DNA of 64,000 nt, from assembly GCA_965247115.1 (NCBI GenBank), contig CBDFGR010000003.1, positions 512,001 to 576,000 on the forward strand, written 5' to 3'. Below the pieces are notes generated by a model. It saw only the letters and a list, made by a program, of their open reading frames with translations. It made no database searches and was not told the origin of the DNA. The stretch's first letter is position 1. The number at the start of each line of letters is the position of its first letter. Both the position numbers and the translations under genes were made by a program. Positions 8,947 to 18,307 of this stretch are shown piece after piece. This DNA is from Myxococcota bacterium (lineage in GTDB: Bacteria > Myxococcota_A > UBA9160 > SZUA-336).

Positions 8947-9666
8947 TCAGACGGACCAGGCGAGGGCCAGGGAGCCTCCGAAGTCCTCGATGTCCAGCTC
9001 CAGGCAGGAGATCTGATGGAGCGGGTTGGGGAACTGCCATTCGTCGGCGACGCGGGCGCGAAAGACGTCGGCCAGGTCCCAGGTGAGCTGCTGGAGGGGC
9101 TCGATGCACTCCTCGTGCTCGGAGCGCTGCACGACGAGGTGCAGGTCGAACGCGTCGTGGGTGGCGATACCGAACAAGTCGGTTGCCGAGCCTGCCAGGC
9201 AATGGGGCGGGGAGACCTCGGAGAGGCCGATCAGGAGGCGCAGCAGGGTGAGATACGGGGATCTTCCCGGTGGGGCTGCGACGCCGCCGAGAATGGGCGA
9301 CGGAGGGTCAGCCAGCGTCACGGCCGTATAGTCGATCAGGGGTGGATGCTTCGGGGGGTCCTGCTCCGGAGAGACCAGACGGAACGAGTAGGTGCCGCGC
9401 TCGGGCACGATGATTCGCTCTGCCCCGGCGAGGGACTCGATGGCTTTCGCAGCGCCGACGAGCTCCGAGGAGGAGCCTCGGGGCATGCGCCTCCCACTCT
9501 GCGCGAAGCGTTCCATCGACTGATACGAGTCGACGAACTCCGCCACGAATACTTCCGGGTTCTCGAGGTAGTCGACACACTGGTGCAGCTGCCGTTCGAC
9601 GGGGTGGCCCCGGATCTGCTCGTACCGCTGCCGCAGCGCGGTCTGTGGGCCGCTCCGAGCACTCAC
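8947..9666 (-). CDS. Hypothetical protein
   Basis: 239-aa ORF starting 5 nt after the ACP stop, protein-like composition. Confidence 0.65.
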   Translation of the reverse strand: MSARSGPQTALRQRYEQIRGHPVERQLHQCVDYLENPEVFVAEFVDSYQSMERFAQSGRRMPRGSSSELVGAAKAIESLAGAERIIVPERGTYSFRLVSPEQDPPKHPPLIDYTAVTLADPPSPILGGVAAPPGRSPYLTLLRLLIGLSEVSPPHCLAGSATDLFGIATHDAFDLHLVVQRSEHEECIEPLQQLTWDLADVFRARVADEWQFPNPLHQISCLELDIEDFGGSLALAWSV

Positions 9667-9671
9667 GCCGA

Positions 9672-9905
9672 CTACAGCCGCCCGGCCACGTAACCCGCAA
9701 CCTCGGAGAGCGTCTGTAACTCCGCGAAGTCCTTGTCGGGGATATGGATCTCGAAGAGCGCCTCGATCGCAATCATCAGCTCGACCAGGTCCAAGGAGTC
9801 CGCGCCGAGCTCATCCGAGAGGTCGGCGTCTGGGGCGAGCGTCGACTTGTCGATGTCGAACTTCGTCGCCATCAGGTCCCTGATCCGCCGCGCGATCGTC
9901 TCCAT
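9672..9905 (-). CDS. Acyl carrier protein
   Basis: 77 aa, acidic, LGADSLDLVEL phosphopantetheine attachment motif. Confidence 0.92.
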   Translation of the reverse strand: METIARRIRDLMATKFDIDKSTLAPDADLSDELGADSLDLVELMIAIEALFEIHIPDKDFAELQTLSEVAGYVAGRL

Positions 9906-10353
9906 CCGCTGGCTCTACGTCCGCCGCCGCCGATTGCTTGAGTCGTGTCGGTCCCTGGTCACTCTCGATCAGGAGCGTCATTCCCCGTACCTCCCGAACA
10001 CGCACGTGGCTGCCCCCGGGCACCGGAGCGTCTTCGCTGGCCCGAGCCTGCCAGAGCTCCCCCTTGACGCGCACCCAGCCGGTCGGCGACAGGTCCTCCG
10101 TCGCGACTCCTCGCGCCCCGATCAGAGGCCGGACGCCCACCCACTCGCTCTCGCCCAGACTGAACGAGCGCCGCACGAGTGGATAGATCGCGATGTCCTT
10201 TGCAATCCAAACGGCGAGCCCCACCAGTGCCACCCAGCCCGGAATGAGCAGCCAGTTCCACAATGCCCAGACGACGAGCGCCGCCAGAGCTACATCCGGC
10301 ACCTGCAAGAGCGTGTAGCGCAATAACGGATGTGAGCGCGTGCGTTCCGCCAT
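9811..10353 (-). CDS. NfeD family membrane protein
   Basis: TM hairpin then OB fold LIGARGVATEDLSPTGWVRVKGELWQAR; start MAERTR at 10353; tail overlaps ACP by 95 nt. Confidence 0.8.
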   Translation of the reverse strand: MAERTRSHPLLRYTLLQVPDVALAALVVWALWNWLLIPGWVALVGLAVWIAKDIAIYPLVRRSFSLGESEWVGVRPLIGARGVATEDLSPTGWVRVKGELWQARASEDAPVPGGSHVRVREVRGMTLLIESDQGPTRLKQSAAADVEPADGDDRAADQGPDGDEVRHRQVDARPRRRPLG

Positions 10354-10521
10354 CAGGAATGAGTCTACGCGCGGCCGGGATCGGTCGCGAGGTGCAAGAA
10401 TCGCCGGACACCGGGAACCGCGGTGCGCCAGCCAGGCGCCGCGATCGCCCCCAGAGAGCCTCGCCGAGCTGGTACGCTGCATGCACCCTGAGTCTGCAGC
10501 CGAATCAGACAGGAGGTCGCC

Positions 10522-10884
10522 ATGGATTACGAAGAAGGCGGGATCGAGCGGACGGATACGGCGCTACGCATGGCGTATAGCCTGCTCTTCGCCCTGATCA
10601 TCAGCGTGCTGGAGACAGTGGTAGGCGCCCTCGTGGTCTTCCAGCTCCTGTACACGCTCGTCACCAAACGCGAGCCGAGCCAGCGGGTGTGCGAGCTCGG
10701 GAACCGCATCTCCACCTACTTCTATCGCATGCTCCGCTACCTGACGCACAATTCCGATGCGCTGCCGTTCCCCTTCAACGACTTTCCCGACGCCATCGAG
10801 GCGCCCTTCACGGAGGGCTCCGATTCGGAGGAGGACGAGCTGATCGCCGGCGAAGAGCCTCCGGCCCGGCGCTCCGCGGGCTAG
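10522..10884 (+). CDS. DUF4389-like membrane protein
   Basis: AGGAGG SD; hydrophobic helix then FQLLYTLVT...YLTHNSDALPFPF motif. Confidence 0.75.
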   Translation: MDYEEGGIERTDTALRMAYSLLFALIISVLETVVGALVVFQLLYTLVTKREPSQRVCELGNRISTYFYRMLRYLTHNSDALPFPFNDFPDAIEAPFTEGSDSEEDELIAGEEPPARRSAG

Positions 10885-11106
10885 CCAGGCTCGACGTCCA
10901 CCGAGCGTCGAGATTCCAGCGCTCGGCCGGCGTAATCGTCAAAGTCTTGACCCTTGCTCACCCCAGAGGCCGGCAATGTCGCTTGGGGGAGTCTCCCTGC
11001 ACCCACCGCGATGCCCTGTCAGTTCCCCAGCATTCTCGATGACTTCTAGCGTCACCCCGAGCCGGACCGTGAAGATCCTGGAGCCACTCGGACGCGCCCT
11101 CGACCC

Positions 11107-11122
11107 CGGCACTGCCTTTGCA
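11107..11122 (+). promoter_or_regulatory. Putative sigma54 (-24/-12) promoter of the fliA-like gene
   Basis: CGGCACTGCCTTTGCA fits TGGCAC-N5-TTGCA with exact GG-N10-GC spacing, about 44 nt before ATG 11166. Confidence 0.65.
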
Positions 11123-11165
11123 CAAAGGGCCTTCACCGCGCGGAGACTGCGGAGGGAGTGCACGC

Positions 11166-11924
11166 ATGGAGGCAATGATCCGGGAAGCGTGGAAGGACGG
11201 GGGCCGAATCCCAGCGGACCTCAAGGACCGGATCGTTCTCGAGCACACCACCCTGATCAGCTACATCGTGAGCCGGATCGCAGTTCGGCTCCCGTCGCAC
11301 GTCGACCTCGAGGACCTGTACAACACCGGGGTCATCGGGCTGATGGACGCGGTCGACAAGTACGACCCGGACAAAGACTGCAAGTTCAAGACATATGCGG
11401 AGTTCCGGATTCGAGGTGCGATCCTAGACCAGCTCCGCTCGCTTGACTGGGTTCCGCGCTCGGTTCGCCAGAAGAGCCGAAGGGTCGAGCAGGCCTACAG
11501 CGAGGCCGAGAAGCGCCTGGGGCGCCAGGCCAGCGACTCCGAGATTGCGGACTCGCTGGGTATCGACCTGAGCGAGTTCCACGCCCTGCTCAGTCAGACG
11601 CGGGGGATCTCCATCGTGAACATGGACGACCTGCGCGCGCAGAGCGACTCCGACCACCCGGCTCCGAGCGCGAACCTCGAGGACGTGAACGCAGAGGATC
11701 CCTTCACGACCCTCAAGACCCGGGAGCTCACGCAGGCCCTGGGTACCGGCATCGAGGCGCTCCCGGAGAAGGAGCGGCTGGTCGTGTCGCTGTACTACTA
11801 CGAGGATCTCAACCTGAAGGAGATCGGGCACATCCTGGGGATCACCGAGTCCCGCGTGTGCCAGATTCACTCGAAGGCCGTCGGACGCCTGCGCGCCCGA
11901 TTGCGCTTCGCGGTGCGGAACTGA
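11166..11924 (+). CDS. fliA: RNA polymerase sigma factor FliA/WhiG (sigma28)
   Basis: KFKTYAEFRIRGAILDQLRSLDWVPRSVR (region 2), LYYYEDLNLKEIG..LGITESRVCQIH (region 4); GGAGGGAG SD before ATG 11166 (11175 alternative). Confidence 0.9.
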   Translation: MEAMIREAWKDGGRIPADLKDRIVLEHTTLISYIVSRIAVRLPSHVDLEDLYNTGVIGLMDAVDKYDPDKDCKFKTYAEFRIRGAILDQLRSLDWVPRSVRQKSRRVEQAYSEAEKRLGRQASDSEIADSLGIDLSEFHALLSQTRGISIVNMDDLRAQSDSDHPAPSANLEDVNAEDPFTTLKTRELTQALGTGIEALPEKERLVVSLYYYEDLNLKEIGHILGITESRVCQIHSKAVGRLRARLRFAVRN

Positions 11925-11979
11925 GCTACCCTTCCGCTGGCGGGACCGCAGCGTAGCCGCCGCTTCCGAAGGGCTTGGC

Positions 11980-12225
11980 ATGCTCGTGCGACTGGCGATC
12001 GACTTCGAGAACCCTACCCGGGCCTGGTGGGAGAACGGCGGTCAAGAGCTCTGGGAGAGTCTCTCCGAGGGCTTCGATGACAGCTCGGTCGTGCTCGACG
12101 AATCGGTCGCCGCCTCCTGGCTCGCCGAGGCAGAACGGGTCGACGGCTGGGGGGATGGCCCGGACTACGCTCCCCACCCGATCACGGTGTCTCCGGTCGA
12201 GAGCGATGAGGAGACCCGCGCCTAG
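11980..12225 (+). CDS. Hypothetical small acidic protein
   Basis: 81 aa, Trp/acidic-rich, fills the gap between fliA and the convergent CNNM gene. Confidence 0.6.
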   Translation: MLVRLAIDFENPTRAWWENGGQELWESLSEGFDDSSVVLDESVAASWLAEAERVDGWGDGPDYAPHPITVSPVESDEETRA

Positions 12226-13499
12226 CCGGGAGAGCCCCCGTTCGTGCGCGCCTTCTCGCACCTGCGAACGCGCACGCGCGTGATGCGGGTGCCCGAGATG
12301 TCGGCAACGGCAAACTCGTAGCCAGGGAGCTGGACAACGTCGCTCTTCCGCGGCGCGCGGCCGAGCTCGTTGAAAATCAGGCCGGACAACGTGTCACCGC
12401 GCTCGGCCGGCACCTCCCAGCTCGTCTCGCGGTTGAAGTCGAGCACGGTGACGCGTCCCAGCGCCTGGTAGCTGCCGTCGCCTAGCTTGCGGATGTCCAG
12501 CAGCTCCTCGCGGTCGAACTCGTCCCGGATCTCACCGACGATCTCCTCCAGGATGTCTTCCTGCGTGACCATGCCCTCCGTAACGCCGAACTCGTCCTTC
12601 ACCATGGCAACGTGCACGAAGGCGCGCTGCATGTCGGCGAGCAGCGGAAGGATCGGCTTCCGCTCGGGCACGCGCAGCACAGGCTTGATGATGCTGTGCA
12701 GATCGGAGCCGCCGCCACGAACCAGCTTGATCAGGTCCTTCAGGTGAACGACGCCGAGTATCTTGTCTATGTCATCCTCGTAGATGGGCGCGCGCGTGAA
12801 GCGTTCCCGCAGAACGTTCTCGAGCAGCTCCGAGGCCTCGGTGCTGATCGGGAATGCAACGATCTCCGTCCGCGGCACCATGATCTCCTCGACGGTCATC
12901 TGGGCCGCGCCGGCCGTCGCGCCCATGATGGCGAGCGGGGAGCCCCGCGTTTGCCCTTGCTCTTTGGCCTGGCGGGCCAGGCGCAGCACGTCTTCGGTGC
13001 TTCCCAGCGCCTCTTCCTCGGAGGGCCCGGAGACCCTCCGCACCACAGGCTCGATCAAGAGGTCGAAGACGATGTGCAGTGGCCGCAGGACCCAGTGGAG
13101 CAGGTAGAGCGGCAGCCCCACCATGTACGAAATGCGCCGTGGGTAGCGCGCGGCGACCGCCTTGGGCAGCACCTCGGCGAAGATCAGCACCAGCGTTGTC
13201 ATGATTGCAGTCGCGATCAGGATCCCGTTCTGCACGCCCAGAAAGCTGATCGCCAGCGCTGCTGCGACCGCAGAGCCGAGGATGTTCACGACGTTGTTGC
13301 CCAGCAGGATCGTGACCAGCAGTCGGGACGTGGAGGCCAGCAGGTTTCGCACCGCCACCGGGGCGGGCTGCATGGCCGCGCGGACGTCCTGCTCCACCTC
13401 GTGGGCACGCAGGCGCAGCAGGGCGGTCTCGCTGCCGGAGAAGAAGGCTGACATGGCCAGGCAGCCGAGAATGATTGCTACGGACAGGATCGGGTCCAT
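12222..13499 (-). CDS. CNNM/HlyC-CorC family transporter (DUF21-CBS-CorC)
   Basis: SAFFSGSETA, TILLGNNVVN, AEVLPK, MVPR, DEFGVTEGMVTQEDILEEIVGEI. Confidence 0.93.
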   Translation of the reverse strand: MDPILSVAIILGCLAMSAFFSGSETALLRLRAHEVEQDVRAAMQPAPVAVRNLLASTSRLLVTILLGNNVVNILGSAVAAALAISFLGVQNGILIATAIMTTLVLIFAEVLPKAVAARYPRRISYMVGLPLYLLHWVLRPLHIVFDLLIEPVVRRVSGPSEEEALGSTEDVLRLARQAKEQGQTRGSPLAIMGATAGAAQMTVEEIMVPRTEIVAFPISTEASELLENVLRERFTRAPIYEDDIDKILGVVHLKDLIKLVRGGGSDLHSIIKPVLRVPERKPILPLLADMQRAFVHVAMVKDEFGVTEGMVTQEDILEEIVGEIRDEFDREELLDIRKLGDGSYQALGRVTVLDFNRETSWEVPAERGDTLSGLIFNELGRAPRKSDVVQLPGYEFAVADISGTRITRVRVRRCEKARTNGGSPG

Positions 13500-13791
13500 G
13501 GACTCTCCGAGTGGGCCGGGGCGGTTCGGGGCCGAGCGGCCTCGGCGGAACTGAGGAAAGGGCCTAGAAGCGCATCGCTTCGGGGCGGGAGAAGCGGGGG
13601 CCGCAGGCCATCACCTCTGTGCGTCCGGACTGGCACGGACGCTCGGGCACCTGTCTGGTACTGGGAGGTTGGTCTTCCGCGGATGGAGGCAACGAGGTCC
13701 TCTCGAAAACGGCCCACCTGATTGTACCGATTTAGACGGCAGCCGGGGCCCTATCCTGAAGCGAATCTCGAAGTTTCCTAGTCTCCCCGGC

Positions 13792-15462
13792 ATGCCGGAA
13801 TTCGTCTACACCATGGAGGACCTCGGCAAGGTCGTCCCGCCGGATCGCGTGCTGCTCGAGGGAATCACTCTGGCTTTCCTGCCAGGCGCCAAGATCGGCG
13901 TGCTCGGACACAACGGGGCAGGCAAGAGCACGCTGCTCCGCATCATGGCGGGCGACGACTCCGAGATCCTGGGCGAGGCCCGGCCCGGCGAGGGGATCCG
14001 CGTCGGCTACCTGCCCCAGGAGCCTGAGCTCGACGCCTCGAAGGACGTGCTCGGGAACGTCGAGGAGGGGGTGGCGGAGATCCGCGCCCTGCTGCAGCAG
14101 TTCGAGGACATCAGCGCCAGCTTCGCCGAGCCATTGGAAGACGACGAGATGAACAAGCTGCTCGCGCGCCAGGCGCAGGTCCAGGACGCGATCGATGCGG
14201 CTGGCGCCTGGGAGCTCGACCGCACGCTCGAGATCGCCATGGACGCCCTGCGTCTCCCGCCGGGCGACACCGCGGTCAGCACGCTCTCGGGTGGCGAAAA
14301 GCGTCGCGTCGCCCTGTGCCGGCTGCTGCTCACGAAGCCCGACCTGCTCTTGCTGGACGAGCCCACGAACCACCTGGACGCGGAATCAGTCGCATGGCTG
14401 GAGCGCTTCCTGCAGGAGTATCCGGGAACGGTCGTCGGCGTGACGCACGACCGCTACTTCCTCGACAACGTCGCGGGCTGGATCCTGGAGCTGGATCGCG
14501 GGCGCGGCATCCCGTACAAGGGCAATTACTCCAGCTGGCTCGATCAGAAGGCGCAGAGGCTGCGCGGCGAGCAGAAGCGCGAGAGTGCCAAGGCACGGAC
14601 GCTTGCGCGCGAGCTCGAGTGGATCCGCATGTCGCCGCGCGCGCGCCAGGCCAAAGGCCAGGCCCGCATCAACGCGTTCGAGAAGCTGCGCCACGAAGAG
14701 GAGCGACGCCTCCCGGAGAGCGTGGAGATCGCGATCCCCCCGGGTCCGCGCCTCGGCGAGCAGGTGATCGAGGTCCGCGGGCTGCGGAAGGCCTACGGCG
14801 ATCAGCTCCTGATCGACGATCTCTCCTTCAGCCTGCCGGCCGGTGGGATCGTCGGCGTGATCGGGGGCAACGGCGCCGGCAAAACGACGCTTTTCCGCCT
14901 CCTCGTCGGCGAGGAGAAGCCGGATGCTGGCGAGATCCAGATCGGCGAAACCGTCACGCTCGCCTACGCGGATCAGGATCGCAGCCAGCTCGACCCGGAG
15001 CGCAGCGTGTGGGAGACGATCAGCCAGGGCCAGGAACGCATCGCCCTTGGCCAGCGCGAGCTGTCGACCCGCGCATACGTGGGGTCGTTCGGGTTCAAGG
15101 GAGCGGACCAGCAGAAGCGCGTCGGCATGCTGTCGGGAGGCGAGCGCAACCGGCTGCACTTGGCGTGCGTGCTTACGAGCGGCGGCAACGTGATCCTGCT
15201 CGACGAGCCGACGAACGACCTCGACGTCGACACATTGCGCGCGCTCGAGGAGGGGGTGCTGGGCTTCGCCGGTTGCGTCGTGGTGATCTCGCACGACCGC
15301 TGGTTTCTCGACCGGATCGCGACGCACATCCTCGCGTTCGAGGGCGACAGCCACGTCGAGTTCTTCGCGGGCAACTTCGGCGAGTACGAGCTAGACCTGC
15401 GGCGACGTCACGGAGGCCGGGCAGAGCAGCCCCACCGTCTGCGCTTCAAGCGACTGCAGTAG
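13792..15462 (+). CDS. ettA: Energy-dependent translational throttle protein EttA (ABC-F)
   Basis: FLPGAKIGVLGHNGAGKST, LSGGE twice, LDEPTN twice, ELEWIRMSPRARQAKGQAR linker; start MPEFVYTM. Confidence 0.93.
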   Translation: MPEFVYTMEDLGKVVPPDRVLLEGITLAFLPGAKIGVLGHNGAGKSTLLRIMAGDDSEILGEARPGEGIRVGYLPQEPELDASKDVLGNVEEGVAEIRALLQQFEDISASFAEPLEDDEMNKLLARQAQVQDAIDAAGAWELDRTLEIAMDALRLPPGDTAVSTLSGGEKRRVALCRLLLTKPDLLLLDEPTNHLDAESVAWLERFLQEYPGTVVGVTHDRYFLDNVAGWILELDRGRGIPYKGNYSSWLDQKAQRLRGEQKRESAKARTLARELEWIRMSPRARQAKGQARINAFEKLRHEEERRLPESVEIAIPPGPRLGEQVIEVRGLRKAYGDQLLIDDLSFSLPAGGIVGVIGGNGAGKTTLFRLLVGEEKPDAGEIQIGETVTLAYADQDRSQLDPERSVWETISQGQERIALGQRELSTRAYVGSFGFKGADQQKRVGMLSGGERNRLHLACVLTSGGNVILLDEPTNDLDVDTLRALEEGVLGFAGCVVVISHDRWFLDRIATHILAFEGDSHVEFFAGNFGEYELDLRRRHGGRAEQPHRLRFKRLQ

Positions 15463-15503
15463 GTGGGCCTTCGCTGCGTTTGCATTCGTTCTATACTTGG
15501 GGA

Positions 15504-16463
15504 ATGGGGCTACTCGTGGACGGTGTCTGGCGGGACGAGGATCCGCGCCGGCTCGATGAGCGGGGCGGGTTTCAGAGGCCGGACTCGAGCTTTCGGAGCT
15601 GGGTCTGCGCGGACGGGTCCAGCGACTTTCCGGCGGAGCCGGGTCGCTATCACTTGTACGTGAACCGGGGCTGCCCCTGGGCCCACCGCGCTCTTCTGTA
15701 CCGCGCGGTAAAGGGGCTCGAGGGCGTCGTCTCGCTTTCGGCGACCGCGCCTGCCGCGGGACCCAGCGGCTGGCGCTTCGCTCCCGGACCGGGCTGCATC
15801 CCGGACCCCATCTTTGGCGCCGAGCAGCTGCACCAGGTCTACACGGCCGCAAAGCCCGACTACACGGGGCGCGTCACCGTGCCTGTGCTCTGGGACCGCA
15901 AGACCGGGACGATCGTGAACAACGAATCGTCCGAGATCATCCGCATGTTCAACCACGCCTTCAACGCGTGGGGAGACGCGAAGCTCGACTTCTATCCAGG
16001 CGACCTTGCGAACGAGATCGACGCATTGAATGAGCGCATCTACAGCGACGTAAACAACGGCGTGTACCGCTGCGGATTCGCCGGCACGCAAGAGGCCTAC
16101 GAGGCGGCTTTTGAGCGGCTGTTCGCACTCCTCGACGAGCTCGAGGAGCGGCTTGGGCGCCAGCGCTACCTGCTCGGTGACCGCGTCACCGAGAGCGACT
16201 GGCGGCTCTTCTGCAGCCTGGTCCGCTTCGACGCGGCCTACTACCCTGTCTTCCGCTGCAACCTGCGGCGCATCGTCGACTACGAGAACCTGTGGGGCTA
16301 TACGCGCGACCTCTACCAGTTTCCCGGCGTCGCGGAGACCGTCAGCCTCTCGCACATCAAGCGCATTTACTGGTCAAACGCGCGGGGGCGCAGCGCGGTG
16401 GCGCTGATCCCGAAGGGTCCCGAGCTCGATTTCGGGGCGCCGCACGACCGGGGCCGACTCTGA
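15504..16463 (+). CDS. Glutathionyl-hydroquinone reductase (YqjG/ECM4-like GST)
   Basis: MGLLVDGVW start, RYHLYV..GCPWAHR, YTGRVTVPVLWD, IVNNESSEI, NNGVYRCGFA. Confidence 0.92.
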   Translation: MGLLVDGVWRDEDPRRLDERGGFQRPDSSFRSWVCADGSSDFPAEPGRYHLYVNRGCPWAHRALLYRAVKGLEGVVSLSATAPAAGPSGWRFAPGPGCIPDPIFGAEQLHQVYTAAKPDYTGRVTVPVLWDRKTGTIVNNESSEIIRMFNHAFNAWGDAKLDFYPGDLANEIDALNERIYSDVNNGVYRCGFAGTQEAYEAAFERLFALLDELEERLGRQRYLLGDRVTESDWRLFCSLVRFDAAYYPVFRCNLRRIVDYENLWGYTRDLYQFPGVAETVSLSHIKRIYWSNARGRSAVALIPKGPELDFGAPHDRGRL

Positions 16464-17248
16464 TGGACGTACGCCTGGACTCGCGGACCGCGCTGATCAC
16501 CGGAGGCAGCCTGGGCCTCGGCCGCGCGATGGCGCTCAAGTTCGCGACGTCCGGAGCGAACCTGGCGATTCTCGCGAAACGACCGGAGCTGCTCGAAGCG
16601 GCGCGAAAGGACATTGCGGCCGCGGCTCCCGAGGTCGAGGTCCGGGCCTACTCGTGCGACGTTCGCGATCCCCGCCAGATCAACGATACCTGGGAGCGGG
16701 TCCAGGCGGATCTCGGCAAGATCGACATTCTGGTGAACAACGCGGGGACCTCGAAGACGGGACGCTTCGAGACGCTGACGGACGAGGAGTGGCAGGAGGA
16801 TCTGGACCTGAAGCTCTTCGCGGCCATTCGCTTCGCGCGGCTCGCCTTGCCGGGCATGAGGGAGCGGAGGTGGGGGAGAATCATCAACGTGCTCAACAGC
16901 GGCGCGAAAGCACCGCGCGCAGGTAGCGCGCCGACCGCGGTCTCCCGCGCCGCGGGAATGGCACTCACAAAGGTCCTGGCTGGCGAGGGCGCGCCTGACA
17001 ACGTGCTGGTCAACGCGCTGTGCACCGGCCTGCTGGTCACGGCGCAATGGACGGCCATGCACCAGCGCGCCGCGCCCGAGCTTTCCTTCGACGACTTCAT
17101 CGCGCGCACGGGAGAACGCATCCCCGTCGGTCGCATGGGAGACGCCGAGGAGTTCGCGAACCTGGCCTGCTTCCTCGCGTCGGACGCGGCGTCCTACGTC
17201 ACGGGTACCGCGATCAACGTGGACGGCGGGAGCTCTCCGGTCGTCTAG
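16463..17248 (+). CDS. SDR family oxidoreductase (atypical, no YxxxK Tyr)
   Basis: TGGSLGLG, DILVNNAG, TAVSR at the catalytic position, VTGTAINVDGG; TGATG coupling. Confidence 0.88.
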   Translation: MDVRLDSRTALITGGSLGLGRAMALKFATSGANLAILAKRPELLEAARKDIAAAAPEVEVRAYSCDVRDPRQINDTWERVQADLGKIDILVNNAGTSKTGRFETLTDEEWQEDLDLKLFAAIRFARLALPGMRERRWGRIINVLNSGAKAPRAGSAPTAVSRAAGMALTKVLAGEGAPDNVLVNALCTGLLVTAQWTAMHQRAAPELSFDDFIARTGERIPVGRMGDAEEFANLACFLASDAASYVTGTAINVDGGSSPVV

Positions 17249-18159
17249 CTCTTCTGCTTCGGCGCAAACTCGTTTTTGAGTCCACGCACGAGCGTCGCAG
17301 GCAGCGCGGCATCCAGCTGATCCAGCGACCACCCGTCCGTAGAGAAAACGGTTCCCTCGGGCTTCGGCTGCGTCATGCGGCTGATCTGTTCGGCGCTGAC
17401 GACGAAGTCCTGCCCGTTCACGTTCGCGGCGGCGTCACTGCAGAGCCACGCTACGAACGCCCCCACCGCAGCGGGCGTCTGCTTCTCGATCTGGGCGATG
17501 TCCACCGCGGGCTCGCCCGCCTTGCGTGAGCGCTCAGCGGCCTCGCGCAGCTCGTCGGAGAGCGTCATGCGCGTCGCGGCGCGGGGTCGGATCACGTTAC
17601 AGCGGCAGCCGTAACGGCCGAGGTCCCGGGCGACGGTGCGTGTAAAGCCCGCGATGCCCTCTTTTGCAGCTGAGTAGTTGCTCTGCCCCATGTTGCCGAG
17701 CCCCGACTCGCTGCCCGTGTTCACGACGACTCCGGAGCGCTGGTCCCGGAACACCGTCGCAGCCGCCCGGGTGCAGACAAAGGTCCCCTTGAGGTGCACG
17801 GCGATCACCCCATCCCACTCTTGTTCCGTCATGTTGTGGAGCATGCGATCACGGAGGATGCCCGCATTGTTGATCAGAATGTCCAGTCGCCCGAACTCGC
17901 GCAGCGCGAGCTGCACAAGCTCCTCGCCGGTCGCCATGTTCGACACGTCCCCGTAGTGGGGGATGGCCTTGCCACCGGCCGCCGTGACGGCATCGGCCAC
18001 CTCGTCTGCCGGCCCCTTCGCACCGCCGGTGCCGTCCGCACCACCGCCGAAGTCGTTCACGATGAGCGACGCCCCCTGGCGCGCCAGCTCGTGACACTCG
18101 GCCTGACCGATGCCCCGACCCCCGCCGGTCACGATAGCCACCCTGCCCTCAAGTCTCAT
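17245..18159 (-). CDS. SDR family oxidoreductase (MFE-2/3-hydroxyacyl-CoA dehydrogenase-like)
   Basis: TGGGRGIG, VNDFGG, NNAGILRD, GNMGQSNYSAAK. Confidence 0.9.
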   Translation of the reverse strand: MRLEGRVAIVTGGGRGIGQAECHELARQGASLIVNDFGGGADGTGGAKGPADEVADAVTAAGGKAIPHYGDVSNMATGEELVQLALREFGRLDILINNAGILRDRMLHNMTEQEWDGVIAVHLKGTFVCTRAAATVFRDQRSGVVVNTGSESGLGNMGQSNYSAAKEGIAGFTRTVARDLGRYGCRCNVIRPRAATRMTLSDELREAAERSRKAGEPAVDIAQIEKQTPAAVGAFVAWLCSDAAANVNGQDFVVSAEQISRMTQPKPEGTVFSTDGWSLDQLDAALPATLVRGLKNEFAPKQKS

Positions 18160-18307
18160 CGCCAGCTCCTTCGTCGCCCCTCGCTCAGTCTACCTCAGAC
18201 GCGTGGAAGGATTCGTCCGACGCCACGCTCAGAGTACGAGAGGCTCCGGGCCCCCTCGCCTCCCCGGATGGGTATACTCCGGCAGAGGTCGGCTCAGGAG
18301 AGGCGCG

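Noticed and set aside
13590..13720. Fluoride, M-box or yybP riboswitch
   Set aside because: Only a partial GGTGATGG match on the minus strand; the rest of each consensus is missing
14316..15503. 715-aa ORF suggesting a long N-terminal extension of the GST
   Set aside because: The extension is an off-frame shadow of ettA; the family start MGLLVDG is at 15504
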